Positions 9,298-18,170 of a stretch of 57,497 nucleotides of DNA are shown in pieces (position 1 is the first letter of the stretch; each line of letters opens with the position of its first letter). Source of the DNA: a virus (taxonomy: Duplodnaviria > Caudoviricetes). The position numbers and the translations under genes were made by a program. The stretch covers positions 1-57,497 of IMG/VR virus record IMGVR_UViG_3300020582_000009. One strand, 5' to 3'. Below the pieces are notes generated by a model. The model made no database searches and had not been told where the DNA came from. It saw only the letters and a list, made by a program, of their open reading frames with translations.

Positions 9298-10071
9298 ATG
9301 GCGCTGCAACCGCCGTCAGAAGCCGGGAATATTCCCGTCGATAATTACGGCGTGTTGCTTGAAAATGCGCTAATCGACGCAGGCATCGTCGGCATCGATC
9401 AATCGATTGAGCCGGCGATTCTCAACCGGGCGTTTCGGCAGGCCAATTGGTTGTTCGCACAATGGGCGCGCAAACGCTGGCTGACCTATCGCATAGCCGA
9501 TTATTCGTTTGTTTCGACGGGCGCTCAAAGCTACAGCGTCGGACTGAATGGCGCAATCAACATCAACCCCCGGCCCGATCGGCTGGAATATGCATTCCTA
9601 CGGTTTTTGAACAATCCTCCGGGCGGCAATCTGGCGGTCGATATTCCGCTCGATATCATCCAGTCGCATGAGGATTATTCGCGAATCACGGTCAAGAACA
9701 TAGGGACACTACCTTGGCGCATATTCTATGATCCGGTCTGGCCGGTCGGCGTGCTGCTGCCTTGGCCTGTGCCGCAGGCGTCGATCTACGAGATTCATTG
9801 CGGCTTTAAGGTCGTGTTGCCGCGTTCGGCAAACCTCCAAGCTCCGATAAACTTTCCGCCGGAGTATGAAACCGCCCTCAATTATTGCCTCGCGCGCCGC
9901 CTGAGGTCGAACTATCAGTTGCCTCCCGATCCGGAAATCAATGCTCTCGCGCGCGACGCTTTGAACGTGATTCGGCTGGCGAATAGCGCCATGGGGGTGC
10001 TTCGAATGCCGACCTTCCTGCGGGGAAGACAACGGGCTTACGACTATCGTGGCGATTCGGATGATTTCTGA
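9298..10071 (+). CDS. Head-tail adaptor (P22 gp4-like)
   Basis: ALIDAGIVG...N.L..QW N-terminus, YDP.WP.G.L..WPVP, FPPEYE.AL.Y.LA.RL; position after coat. Confidence 0.8.
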   Translation: MALQPPSEAGNIPVDNYGVLLENALIDAGIVGIDQSIEPAILNRAFRQANWLFAQWARKRWLTYRIADYSFVSTGAQSYSVGLNGAININPRPDRLEYAFLRFLNNPPGGNLAVDIPLDIIQSHEDYSRITVKNIGTLPWRIFYDPVWPVGVLLPWPVPQASIYEIHCGFKVVLPRSANLQAPINFPPEYETALNYCLARRLRSNYQLPPDPEINALARDALNVIRLANSAMGVLRMPTFLRGRQRAYDYRGDSDDF

Positions 10072-10316
10072 TGCTGATCGCGCTGGATTTTGGGAAAACA
10101 TACAGCCGCGATCCTGAGCTTTGGAATAAATTCATCGCCGATGCCAATGCGAGAGGTCATGAGGTCGTTTGCGTCACGCTTCGCGATCTTGAATATGCCG
10201 TTACGATGCCTTGCAAGGTGATCTATACGGCCGGCGAGAAAAAACTGAAATACATGACTAAACTTGGCCGCTCTGTCGATATCTGGATCGACGATTGGCC
10301 GGCGACAATCGTCTGA
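10071..10316 (+). CDS. Minimal HAD-superfamily-like protein
   Basis: IALDFGKTY, GHEVVCVT.R, K, DIWIDD.P; second Asp of DxD is replaced by Gly. Confidence 0.7.
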   Translation: MLIALDFGKTYSRDPELWNKFIADANARGHEVVCVTLRDLEYAVTMPCKVIYTAGEKKLKYMTKLGRSVDIWIDDWPATIV

Positions 10317-10331
10317 CAGGGAGAAATTTCT

Positions 10332-10814
10332 ATGCTGAGAACCGTTCGCGATATTCTGATCGGCGCCTTCATTGCCGCCATGGTCACGTCAGCATTCGCG
10401 GTGTTCGGCCGCGCGCCGTTGCAATATGCCGATGAGGCGCCGATTGACCAGAAATGGCTTTACGGTCTTTCCGGCGGCTACAATTACACATTCCAGAATG
10501 CGATCTCCGCTGCCGGTACGACACAGGCGACCGCGACCGTTTTGCCGAACGAAGTCTATCTGATGGAGGTCGATACGGCGAGCGGCAGCGCAACGGGCGT
10601 GGCGTTGCCGCCATGCGTGCCGAATTCGACCGGAGGCCAGCAGATCGTACTCTACAACAACACATCCACCGGCTTGACCGTCTATCCTGCGGTCGCCAAC
10701 AATCCGGTGACGAATTCGCAGGATACCATCAACAATTCCACGACATTGAGCCTTTCGGGTCATACGCAGACGGCCTTCGCCTGCATCAAATCCGGGGTGT
10801 GGAGTTCGTCTTGA
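10332..10814 (+). CDS. Signal-peptide-bearing virion-type beta-domain protein
   Basis: MLRTVRDILIGAFIAAMVTSAFA signal; Ser/Thr-rich; AAGTTQATAT..GVALP..YNN....TVYP domain; 2 Cys. Confidence 0.75.
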   Translation: MLRTVRDILIGAFIAAMVTSAFAVFGRAPLQYADEAPIDQKWLYGLSGGYNYTFQNAISAAGTTQATATVLPNEVYLMEVDTASGSATGVALPPCVPNSTGGQQIVLYNNTSTGLTVYPAVANNPVTNSQDTINNSTTLSLSGHTQTAFACIKSGVWSSS

Positions 10815-10840
10815 CCGTGAATGAATTCTCTTGGTGAATC

Positions 10841-11950
10841 ATGGGCGCCAGTGATCGCCGCAAGGCACGCCGGGAAGCGAAACGGGCGCGGGAGCAAACC
10901 GCGCCTGTTGTCGTTTCTGAGGCTCCGGTAACGGAACAGAATCATGCGAGTTCGCCCCCTGTACTACGGCTGGTTCGATGGCAGGACGATGGAATTCCGT
11001 CTGAGTCCACTGCCACCGGACGCTCCGGTGCGGCCGTCGATCGCATTTCCGACCACGACCGAGTTGATGGAACTGGTGGAGAAGAAAAAAGCGCGCCTGA
11101 TGTGGTGGCCTCCGCTGGACCAATCGAAGATCACATCCCGATCAACCTCGTAAGGCGTTCGTTCGACGCCTCCGAGATCAATCCGATTCTCAACGGCGAA
11201 TCGATGTTTCGGATGGTGGGAACGCCGCAGTCCGGTTATCTGGATTTGACGCCGGTTTTGGCGGACAAGCGCAATATCTTGTTGATGGCCGACAACGGCG
11301 GCATCCTGTTTGCGTTTCGTGATTCACGTCGCACTGACGGCGAAATCAACTATGACGCCTGTTCCTATATGGTCCACACTATTTTGCAAAAGCCGGAACG
11401 CGGTTCGCATGGTTTGGCTGGCGCGCACAATCAAAATGTCTGCCGCGCCGCTTATCGCTGGATGTTCACGCAGACCGATTGCATGACGCTGCACACGCAG
11501 ATTCCGGCTTTCAACCGCGCGGCGTCCATCTTTGCTCCACTGCTCGGATGGGTGAAGGAATTCGAGCGCAAATCGGTCTGGCCGACCGATGACGGTCTGG
11601 TCGATATGTCCTACTGGACATTGCGTTATGAGGATTGGATCAGGAAGACGCCGGAACTGGAGCGCTCCGGTATCCTGTTTCATCAGAACCTTGAAACCGA
11701 ATTCGAACGCCACGGCCGTCCCGGCGAACAACATGCCGATGAAACCTGTCATGATCGCGCGGTAGGAGCCGCTTTCGAAACCATCTTCGGCGGTCAACCT
11801 GACAAGGCGATTTATCTCTATAATCGCTGGGCGCGGTTGGCCGATTATGCGGAGATCGCGCTTGTTTCACATCGGCCCGTGGTGATCGATATCGGCAACG
11901 CCGTTTTGCAGGTCACGGGTGATAAGTTCAAGGTAGTCTTGGTCCGATGA
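10841..11950 (+). CDS. GNAT-like head assembly protein (DUF2824 / P22 gp14-like) with N-terminal extension
   Basis: YMVHT.L...RG, AYRWMFTQTDCMTL.TQIP.FNRAA..FA..LGW..EF.R core. Confidence 0.65.
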   Translation: MGASDRRKARREAKRAREQTAPVVVSEAPVTEQNHASSPPVLRLVRWQDDGIPSESTATGRSGAAVDRISDHDRVDGTGGEEKSAPDVVASAGPIEDHIPINLVRRSFDASEINPILNGESMFRMVGTPQSGYLDLTPVLADKRNILLMADNGGILFAFRDSRRTDGEINYDACSYMVHTILQKPERGSHGLAGAHNQNVCRAAYRWMFTQTDCMTLHTQIPAFNRAASIFAPLLGWVKEFERKSVWPTDDGLVDMSYWTLRYEDWIRKTPELERSGILFHQNLETEFERHGRPGEQHADETCHDRAVGAAFETIFGGQPDKAIYLYNRWARLADYAEIALVSHRPVVIDIGNAVLQVTGDKFKVVLVR

Positions 11951-12156
11951 ATGATCCGCTTCCAGCATGGTTGCAAAAGCCTGATCCAACAAAAAGGATT
12001 TTGGCCGGTGCAACTCAGCAGCATTTGATCGATTTTGCGCAGAAGAATAATCTTATAATCGTCGAGTTTTTTAGCACGACGCGGCCTCGGAAGAAATTTC
12101 CGAACGTGCCGTATATCAGTTCTGATGTGACGGCTTGGTACGGCTTGACCAAATAG
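11947..12156 (+). CDS. Hypothetical protein
   Basis: ATGA-coupled 69-aa ORF. Confidence 0.5.
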   Translation: MNDPLPAWLQKPDPTKRILAGATQQHLIDFAQKNNLIIVEFFSTTRPRKKFPNVPYISSDVTAWYGLTK

Positions 12157-12157
12157 C

Positions 12158-12466
12158 ATGGGTCAGATAGTCCCGATCGAACGCAACTTGATGACGCCGT
12201 TCGGCGAAGCCGAGGCGGATTTCATGTGGGTGCCGGATTCGCCTGATTTTCCCAGCGAATATCAATGCTGGATTTTGGAGACCAATGAAGTGTGGTGGTT
12301 TCCGCAGCCTTTGGTGCGCGCGGTCAAGAGCATGTCGTCGCATCGCCGCGGACTTTCGAGCGCAATCGTCATGCCCGATGCCTTGTTGAAGCAATATGCA
12401 CCACATTTGTTGCGTCATAAGGAATCGCCTTTTCATGAACAGGCGAAGAAACTGCTTAAGGCGTGA
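12158..12466 (+). CDS. Hypothetical phage protein
   Basis: TPFGEAEA..W..ETNEVWW motif; tiles the operon. Confidence 0.65.
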   Translation: MGQIVPIERNLMTPFGEAEADFMWVPDSPDFPSEYQCWILETNEVWWFPQPLVRAVKSMSSHRRGLSSAIVMPDALLKQYAPHLLRHKESPFHEQAKKLLKA

Positions 12467-12469
12467 TGT

Positions 12470-13972
12470 ATGGTCCAGATCGCTCTCACGTCCGGCGCCT
12501 ATAGCAGCGAATCGATCATCGCCAATGCGCAGCGGGCGCTGAATCTCTTTATGGAAAAGAACCCTGCGGAAACGACGCCCGGATTTCCGACCACGCATTA
12601 TGCGCGTCCTGGGTTGAAGTTGCTGGGCTCTGCGGGACCCGTCAATATCGGGCGGTGTCTATATGGTGCCACCAATGGCGATGTCTATGCCGTGGTGGGT
12701 CAGAACGTCTATTACGTCGATCCTAATTTCAAGTTCAATCAGATCGGAGTTTTGCTCGCACAAAAAGGCACGCCAGTCTATATGGCGGACGACGGTCAGA
12801 ATATTGTTATAGTCGATGGTTCGGCGAACGGCTTTAACGTCAACATGACGACGCGCGTCATGACCACGATTACCGATCCGAATTTCCTGGGTTCGGATAG
12901 AGTCGATTTCATTGACTCATTTTTGATCTTCAATAAGCCTGCCACGAATGAATGGTATTGCTCGCTATCCGACGAGATATCGTTCAATGCGCTCTATGTT
13001 GGCGTCAAGACGGCTTGGCCGGACAATATCTATTGCTGCGTGGCGATCGAGCGGGAAGTGTGGATTTTCGGACCGAAGAAAAGCGAACCATGGTATAATG
13101 CCGGCGCGACGCCTTTTCCGTTCCAGATTTTGCCGGGCATCATCATCGAACAAGGCTGCGCCGCGAAATATTCTCCGGCCAAGATGGATACCAACGTCTA
13201 TTGGCTGTCGCAAAGCCCCGAAGGGGCGCGCATGGTGATGCGCGGCAATGCCAAGAACATCGCGCAACGGATTTCGACGCATGCAATCGAGAAAGAATTC
13301 CTGAAATATGCACGCGTGGACGACGCGATCGGTTCGACTTATCAGATCGCAGGTCACTCTTTCTATGAGTTGCACTTTCCGACCGCCGACAAGACCTGGG
13401 CGTTCGACGAGGCGACGCAACAATGGTTCGAGGACAGCTGGATCGACAATAACGGCCTGTTGCATCGAGCGCGCAACACATTCACGGCCTACGCCTATGG
13501 CATGAATCTGGCGCTCGATTGGGCCAATGGCAATCTTTATCAGATGGACTTGAGTACATATACGGATAATGGTCAGCCTATCGTCTGGATCAGAGCGTTT
13601 CCGCATTTCACCCATGAACTGAAATATGTGGGACTGGCTTCAATCATGGCTGACGTGGCGGCCGGAACCCGATCGAATACCGGCGAACAAAATCAGTTCT
13701 TGAGTCCATGGAGCGCGGGATTCAATGCGGGATTTGGACCGTTGGTCCAGGTCGCGACGCCCGTGCTCAATCTTCGAATCTCACGTAATGGAGGCGCCTC
13801 TTATGGCAACTATCGGCCGCAAAACATGATCAGTTCCGGCAACTATCGGCCGCCGACGCGCTGGCGCGGCAACGGCATCGCGCGCGACTGGGTTCTGGAA
13901 TTGTCTTCGACGGTGGAAATGGTCGGGGCGCTCAATGGGGCCTATGTCGATCCGATCGAGGGCGCGGCATGA
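12470..13972 (+). CDS. Packaged-DNA stabilisation / tail hub protein (P22 gp10-like)
   Basis: 500 aa; AQRALNLF.E, GCAAKYS, RISTHAIE, YQIAGHSFY.L.FPTADKTW.FD motifs. Confidence 0.88.
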   Translation: MVQIALTSGAYSSESIIANAQRALNLFMEKNPAETTPGFPTTHYARPGLKLLGSAGPVNIGRCLYGATNGDVYAVVGQNVYYVDPNFKFNQIGVLLAQKGTPVYMADDGQNIVIVDGSANGFNVNMTTRVMTTITDPNFLGSDRVDFIDSFLIFNKPATNEWYCSLSDEISFNALYVGVKTAWPDNIYCCVAIEREVWIFGPKKSEPWYNAGATPFPFQILPGIIIEQGCAAKYSPAKMDTNVYWLSQSPEGARMVMRGNAKNIAQRISTHAIEKEFLKYARVDDAIGSTYQIAGHSFYELHFPTADKTWAFDEATQQWFEDSWIDNNGLLHRARNTFTAYAYGMNLALDWANGNLYQMDLSTYTDNGQPIVWIRAFPHFTHELKYVGLASIMADVAAGTRSNTGEQNQFLSPWSAGFNAGFGPLVQVATPVLNLRISRNGGASYGNYRPQNMISSGNYRPPTRWRGNGIARDWVLELSSTVEMVGALNGAYVDPIEGAA

Positions 13973-14248
13973 CTGAGATTCCGTCATCTTTCGCAAATTA
14001 TCCGAAATCCGTCATGGAATTGCGTTCGGAAAAATCCGATGCCGCAGCCGATTGGACTCCGCGCGATGTCCTGATCGATGTTCTTCGGTCGATCGACCAA
14101 GGAAAAGTCAAGCCGGAAGCATTGATTGCGGCCAAAGGCATCTGACGAAAAAAGCATGGCGCGCGTGCATTATAGAGTTTCATCGCCGGATTGGCATGTG
14201 TCCCTCGGAATGCTCAATGATGCGATATACAAGATGTTTGAACGATGA
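13969..14248 (+). pseudogene. Small phage gene apparently split by a +1 frameshift near 14134
   Basis: Frame 1 (..DWTPRDVLIDVLRSIDQGKVKPEALIAA) stops at 14145; the +1 frame continues KASDEKSMARVHYRVSSPDWHVSLGMLNDAIYKMFER and ends in an ATGA overlap with the next gene. Confidence 0.55.
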
Positions 14249-14724
14249 GCATTAAGCATATCCCGGCGCATTTTATTCCAAGCGCTCCCGTCGTCGAACC
14301 GACAACGGGAACGCCGACTGTTGCTCATGGCCGCGCCTTCATGCAGGCCATGCATCAAAGGACCGGCGGCGGTACGGGAATCGTGCCGCAAGTGACGCCG
14401 CAAACGTCGCTGCTCAAAGCAACGGGGACTGGTATGAACGACGCCCTCGGCCTGACGCAAGACTGGAATCATGTCGGCACAGTTCCGGCTGGAACGGGGG
14501 TCCAGATCGCGCCCGAACTTGCTTTGCAGGCGGGCAACGATATTTGGGTCTTCAATAATGGTGCCAATAATCTCAATGTATTTCCGCCTGATGGGCAGAC
14601 GCAGATAGATGCATTGGCGGTCGGCGATCCTTTTGTCTTGGCGCCCGGCAAGTCGAGATGCTTCCAGTGCCTTGCCACGTCCGGCGGCGGCCAGAATGGC
14701 ATTTTCAGTTCCTACGGCAACTAG
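14245..14724 (+). CDS. Tail needle-position protein with C-terminal knob-like domain
   Basis: Follows the gp10-like gene; P.VEP.TG.PT..G..F...RTGG N-terminus; C-domain resembles 10332..10814. Confidence 0.65.
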   Translation: MSIKHIPAHFIPSAPVVEPTTGTPTVAHGRAFMQAMHQRTGGGTGIVPQVTPQTSLLKATGTGMNDALGLTQDWNHVGTVPAGTGVQIAPELALQAGNDIWVFNNGANNLNVFPPDGQTQIDALAVGDPFVLAPGKSRCFQCLATSGGGQNGIFSSYGN

Positions 14725-14733
14725 CGGGATTAT

Positions 14734-15480
14734 TTGATGCCGACTGCGGCTTTAATATCTGGAGGGCTCGGCGCGCTTGGGTCGATCGGCGGCGGCTTGA
14801 TCGGTGCTAATGCTTCACTACGCGCATCGGGACAACAGGTTGCTCTAGGCCAGCAGGCTCTCGCGACTCAAGCCGCCATGTTCGGCGATGTGCAGAATAA
14901 TTTGCAGCCTTATATCTCGACCGGAAATCAGGCTGGCAGCGTTCTTACGTCGCTGTTGACTCCCGGTCCCAATCAAACGGCGGCACTGTCTCAGATTCCG
15001 GGTTTCCAGTTCGCGCAGAATTGGGGACAGAAAGCGGTGCAAAACCTCGGCACCACGACGGGACTTGGCGGCAATACGCTCACGGCCGGCGCAAATTATG
15101 CGACCGGATTGGCACAACAGAATTTCGGGCAACTGGTCAATCCGCTGTTGAGTCTCTATGGCACGGGCGAATCGGCCGGTGCTGCGCTCGGGGGTGTGGC
15201 GTCGAATTTCGGCAGCACCATTGGCAGTACGCTTGGCAATATCGGGAATTCAATGGCTTCCGGCACGCTCGGATCGGCAAATGCGCTCTCGGGAGCCTTG
15301 GGCGGCGTCGGCGGCTCGGTGAGTAGTGCGCTTTTGTTGAGCAAATTACTGGGCGGCGGAAACTTGGGTGGGCCAGGAGCCGGTGGCGGAGCGAATGGGG
15401 TCTACAGTGGAAATAATATTCTTAACGATCCTGCACTTCTGAACTATAACCAAGGTGCCATTATCGGCGGGGGACCGTGA
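14734..15480 (+). CDS. DNA ejection protein (P22 gp7-like)
   Basis: Gly/Ala-rich; LQPY...G, PGFQFAQ.WG, GLGGN.L motifs. Confidence 0.78.
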   Translation: MMPTAALISGGLGALGSIGGGLIGANASLRASGQQVALGQQALATQAAMFGDVQNNLQPYISTGNQAGSVLTSLLTPGPNQTAALSQIPGFQFAQNWGQKAVQNLGTTTGLGGNTLTAGANYATGLAQQNFGQLVNPLLSLYGTGESAGAALGGVASNFGSTIGSTLGNIGNSMASGTLGSANALSGALGGVGGSVSSALLLSKLLGGGNLGGPGAGGGANGVYSGNNILNDPALLNYNQGAIIGGGP

Positions 15481-16040
15481 TGGCAAATGAAGCTGCGCTG
15501 CGCAAAGCTATCGAAGGTCCGCCGCGTTCGCGCGGCTCGGCCCTCAATTCGATTGTCCCGGCTCCGCCACCCGAGATCAATAATCAGAAGCCGGCATTGT
15601 CATCGGGAATGATGGCTGCGCCGCAAGGCGCGATGCAGCCACAGCAGCAGATGCCGGCGCCGAATCATGCACAGACGGTTTCGGCATTGCGGCATTTCCA
15701 GGCGATCATCGGTGAGTTGAAGGGCTTATTGGAATCCGACGAGATCGGCAAGACCGACATGAAATCCGCGATCATCGACGGCACCACGCGGCTTGTGGCG
15801 GAGCGGATGCTCTCGCCGGCCGATGCCGTGACGCAACTCGCTTCCGTGCCGACGCGGCCTTTCGAACAAAAGCAATGGGCGCAGAATCTTCTGCAACAGA
15901 CCATGCAGGCGCGTGACGGTGTGGTGATGCATCATGCGATGGCATTTGCGGGTGCGCCTCCGGGCGAAGCGCCGGATCAGGACGACCATTTGCAGAATAT
16001 GCAAGGGTTGATGTCGCAGTATAGTGGAGGACAGCAATGA
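15477..16040 (+). CDS. Probable internal virion protein
   Basis: Gln/Pro/Met-rich ORF within the ejection cluster. Confidence 0.65.
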   Translation: MMANEAALRKAIEGPPRSRGSALNSIVPAPPPEINNQKPALSSGMMAAPQGAMQPQQQMPAPNHAQTVSALRHFQAIIGELKGLLESDEIGKTDMKSAIIDGTTRLVAERMLSPADAVTQLASVPTRPFEQKQWAQNLLQQTMQARDGVVMHHAMAFAGAPPGEAPDQDDHLQNMQGLMSQYSGGQQ

Positions 16041-16567
16041 TAAATCGGCGAGAAATTATTAAAAAATCAGCCGCCGCTCTCGCGATTGGTTCTATCGGTC
16101 TTCCGGCTCTCGCCGAGAAAGAACCAAATATCATTCCCGAATCGGAAATCCGGGAGCATATTCTCAGATGCCAAAAAGGTTGCAACTATGCCTTTATGTT
16201 GCAGGTATTTCTTGAGCAGTTGCATGGCGTCAAAATAATGCCATTGCACCGGGATATTTCTGAACAGGGCGCTAGAATTCATGCTCTCTCTGATGATGGC
16301 CGCAAATTTCAACAATTGGCGGCGCATGGTGATCCGATGGAATTTGGAAGTGTTCATGTCAGAAAACTTGCGGAAAAAATAGCGGAAAAGGGAAATGTTA
16401 TCCAATTCGCCAAACTGTTAATTCCCAGTCATGGTTGGATTTCGCCAATTTACGGCGACGCTTGGCACAATATTGAAGATGCCGTGAGTTTGCGCGGTCT
16501 CATAGTATGGAATGAGAATCGCCATCACGATATGAGGCTTGATGCGCTTTTTACGGCATGGAGTTGA
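16037..16567 (+). CDS. AT-rich inserted gene with twin-arginine (Tat)-like signal
   Basis: MINRREIIKKSAAALAIGSIGLPALA. Confidence 0.65.
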   Translation: MINRREIIKKSAAALAIGSIGLPALAEKEPNIIPESEIREHILRCQKGCNYAFMLQVFLEQLHGVKIMPLHRDISEQGARIHALSDDGRKFQQLAAHGDPMEFGSVHVRKLAEKIAEKGNVIQFAKLLIPSHGWISPIYGDAWHNIEDAVSLRGLIVWNENRHHDMRLDALFTAWS

Positions 16568-16950
16568 ACGTGGAAAAATTCAGTCCTGAATGGTATTGCA
16601 CAGATGAAGCGGCAGAACATCGCAAAGCGATGTATTTAGTGGAATTTGTCAAAGCGGTCGATCATGTCGATTATGGAGAAAAAGAGCCAAAGCATGATGC
16701 TGCATTTTGGTATTATGACGTGATTTTAGACGCGCCTCGTTGGATAGCTTTGAAACCGACGCATAGATGGTATCGGATTGTTTTTGAAGATTATGGAAAA
16801 GTTTATCCCGAAAGACTCAATGAAGGTGCCCGCGGAATTGCAGACGGTTCAATTAAAGTCTATGAATTGGTCGGGTCCCCGGAAGCTGTCGCTAAATTCA
16901 CGGCGCTTGCGAAAGGCTTCAAAATAATTGAAGGCGACAAGAATGCCTGA
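16558..16950 (+). CDS. AT-rich inserted hypothetical protein
   Basis: 130-aa ORF overlapping both neighbours by a few bases. Confidence 0.6.
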   Translation: MELNVEKFSPEWYCTDEAAEHRKAMYLVEFVKAVDHVDYGEKEPKHDAAFWYYDVILDAPRWIALKPTHRWYRIVFEDYGKVYPERLNEGARGIADGSIKVYELVGSPEAVAKFTALAKGFKIIEGDKNA

Positions 16951-18169
16951 CCCGTCTGCGCTTTATCCCGGTCCGCCGCAACAGCAACCGTCTTTGCTGA
17001 ACGATCCGGCACGCCTTATTTCGACGCTGGAAGGGTTGCAACGATTTCAGATATTGCGCCAGCAAGCCCCTGCGCTCGGACAGATTCCGGGACAGCAGTT
17101 GCAAAATCTGCAACTCGCTAATACCGGCCAGCAGATGGAGCAACAGGAAACGGCGGCGCAAACGGCGCGCGCCTATCTGGGAACAACTTTGCTCGGACTC
17201 GATGATCCGACTGCCGATGATGTGCACAACAGTACGGCGAATTTCGCCAAGGCTTATCCGTTGATTGCGGCCCAGTTTCCGGGCGCGATCAATGCCGCCG
17301 CCGATGTGGTGCTCAATCAGCCTGCCGGCAAGAGCATTAAGGATGGTGCAAATATTCTAGCCGCAACGTCGCTCTCTCCGTCGTCGGCTGCGGGATTAGT
17401 GCAAGCTCCGCCGAGCGCGTCAGGCGCGCCACAAGTGCAGCCGATGGCGCGGGCACTCACTGGTGGTGGCCTACAAGGAACGAGCGTGTTTCCAACTGCT
17501 CCGCCTCCGGGCTTTGCCGAACGGCAGGCCGGCGGTGCTGCACTCGATACGAAATTGGCAGGCAATCTTGCCGACGCGGCCGAAGGGTCGCCCGCGCGAA
17601 TCGGCATTCTCGGCAATCTGTCGGATAATATCGACAAGTTTGCCGCCGGTCCCGGTGCTGATTGGACAAAGGTCGCCAAGTCGTTTGTCAATCGCAACGT
17701 GCCGCTGCCCGCCGGATGGCAGTTCGATCCGAAGTCGATCGGCGCGCAAGAGGAATTCAACAAACAGGCGATGCAGCTCGCACAATCGCAATTCCAGACG
17801 ATCGGCGGGACTGGAACGGATTCCAAGTTTGCTTCGGCCTTCGAAACTTCTCCCAATGACGCGCTGTCCGCGCTCGGCAATAAGGGCATCATTCGTCTAC
17901 TCAAGGGCAACGAGGATGCTTTGCAGGCGAAAAACAGTGCTTGGCTGCAAACAGCGAATGCCAATCCCAATGCCTCCTATCGGCAATTCTCCCAACAGTT
18001 CAACAGCAATTTCGATCCGCGCGTGTTTCAATTCAAGTATCTCAATCCGGCGGAACGTCAGGAATATTTTTCGAAACTTGATGTGCAGTCTGGCGAACAG
18101 CAGAAGTTTTTGCGCGATCTTGCCTTTGCGCGCAAGAACGGCTGGATCAATTTCAACGTGAATCAATAA
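16943..18169 (+). CDS. DNA ejection protein (P22 gp20 position)
   Basis: Gln/Ala-rich, Cys-free; MPDPS start; position between other ejection genes. Confidence 0.7.
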   Translation: MPDPSALYPGPPQQQPSLLNDPARLISTLEGLQRFQILRQQAPALGQIPGQQLQNLQLANTGQQMEQQETAAQTARAYLGTTLLGLDDPTADDVHNSTANFAKAYPLIAAQFPGAINAAADVVLNQPAGKSIKDGANILAATSLSPSSAAGLVQAPPSASGAPQVQPMARALTGGGLQGTSVFPTAPPPGFAERQAGGAALDTKLAGNLADAAEGSPARIGILGNLSDNIDKFAAGPGADWTKVAKSFVNRNVPLPAGWQFDPKSIGAQEEFNKQAMQLAQSQFQTIGGTGTDSKFASAFETSPNDALSALGNKGIIRLLKGNEDALQAKNSAWLQTANANPNASYRQFSQQFNSNFDPRVFQFKYLNPAERQEYFSKLDVQSGEQQKFLRDLAFARKNGWINFNVNQ

Positions 18170-18170
18170 A

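Noticed and set aside
17463-18161. Long alternative-frame ORFs (also 21996-22667, 35864-36577, 38388-39185)
   Set aside because: Arg/Ser/Pro-rich, non-protein-like translations overlapping better genes.
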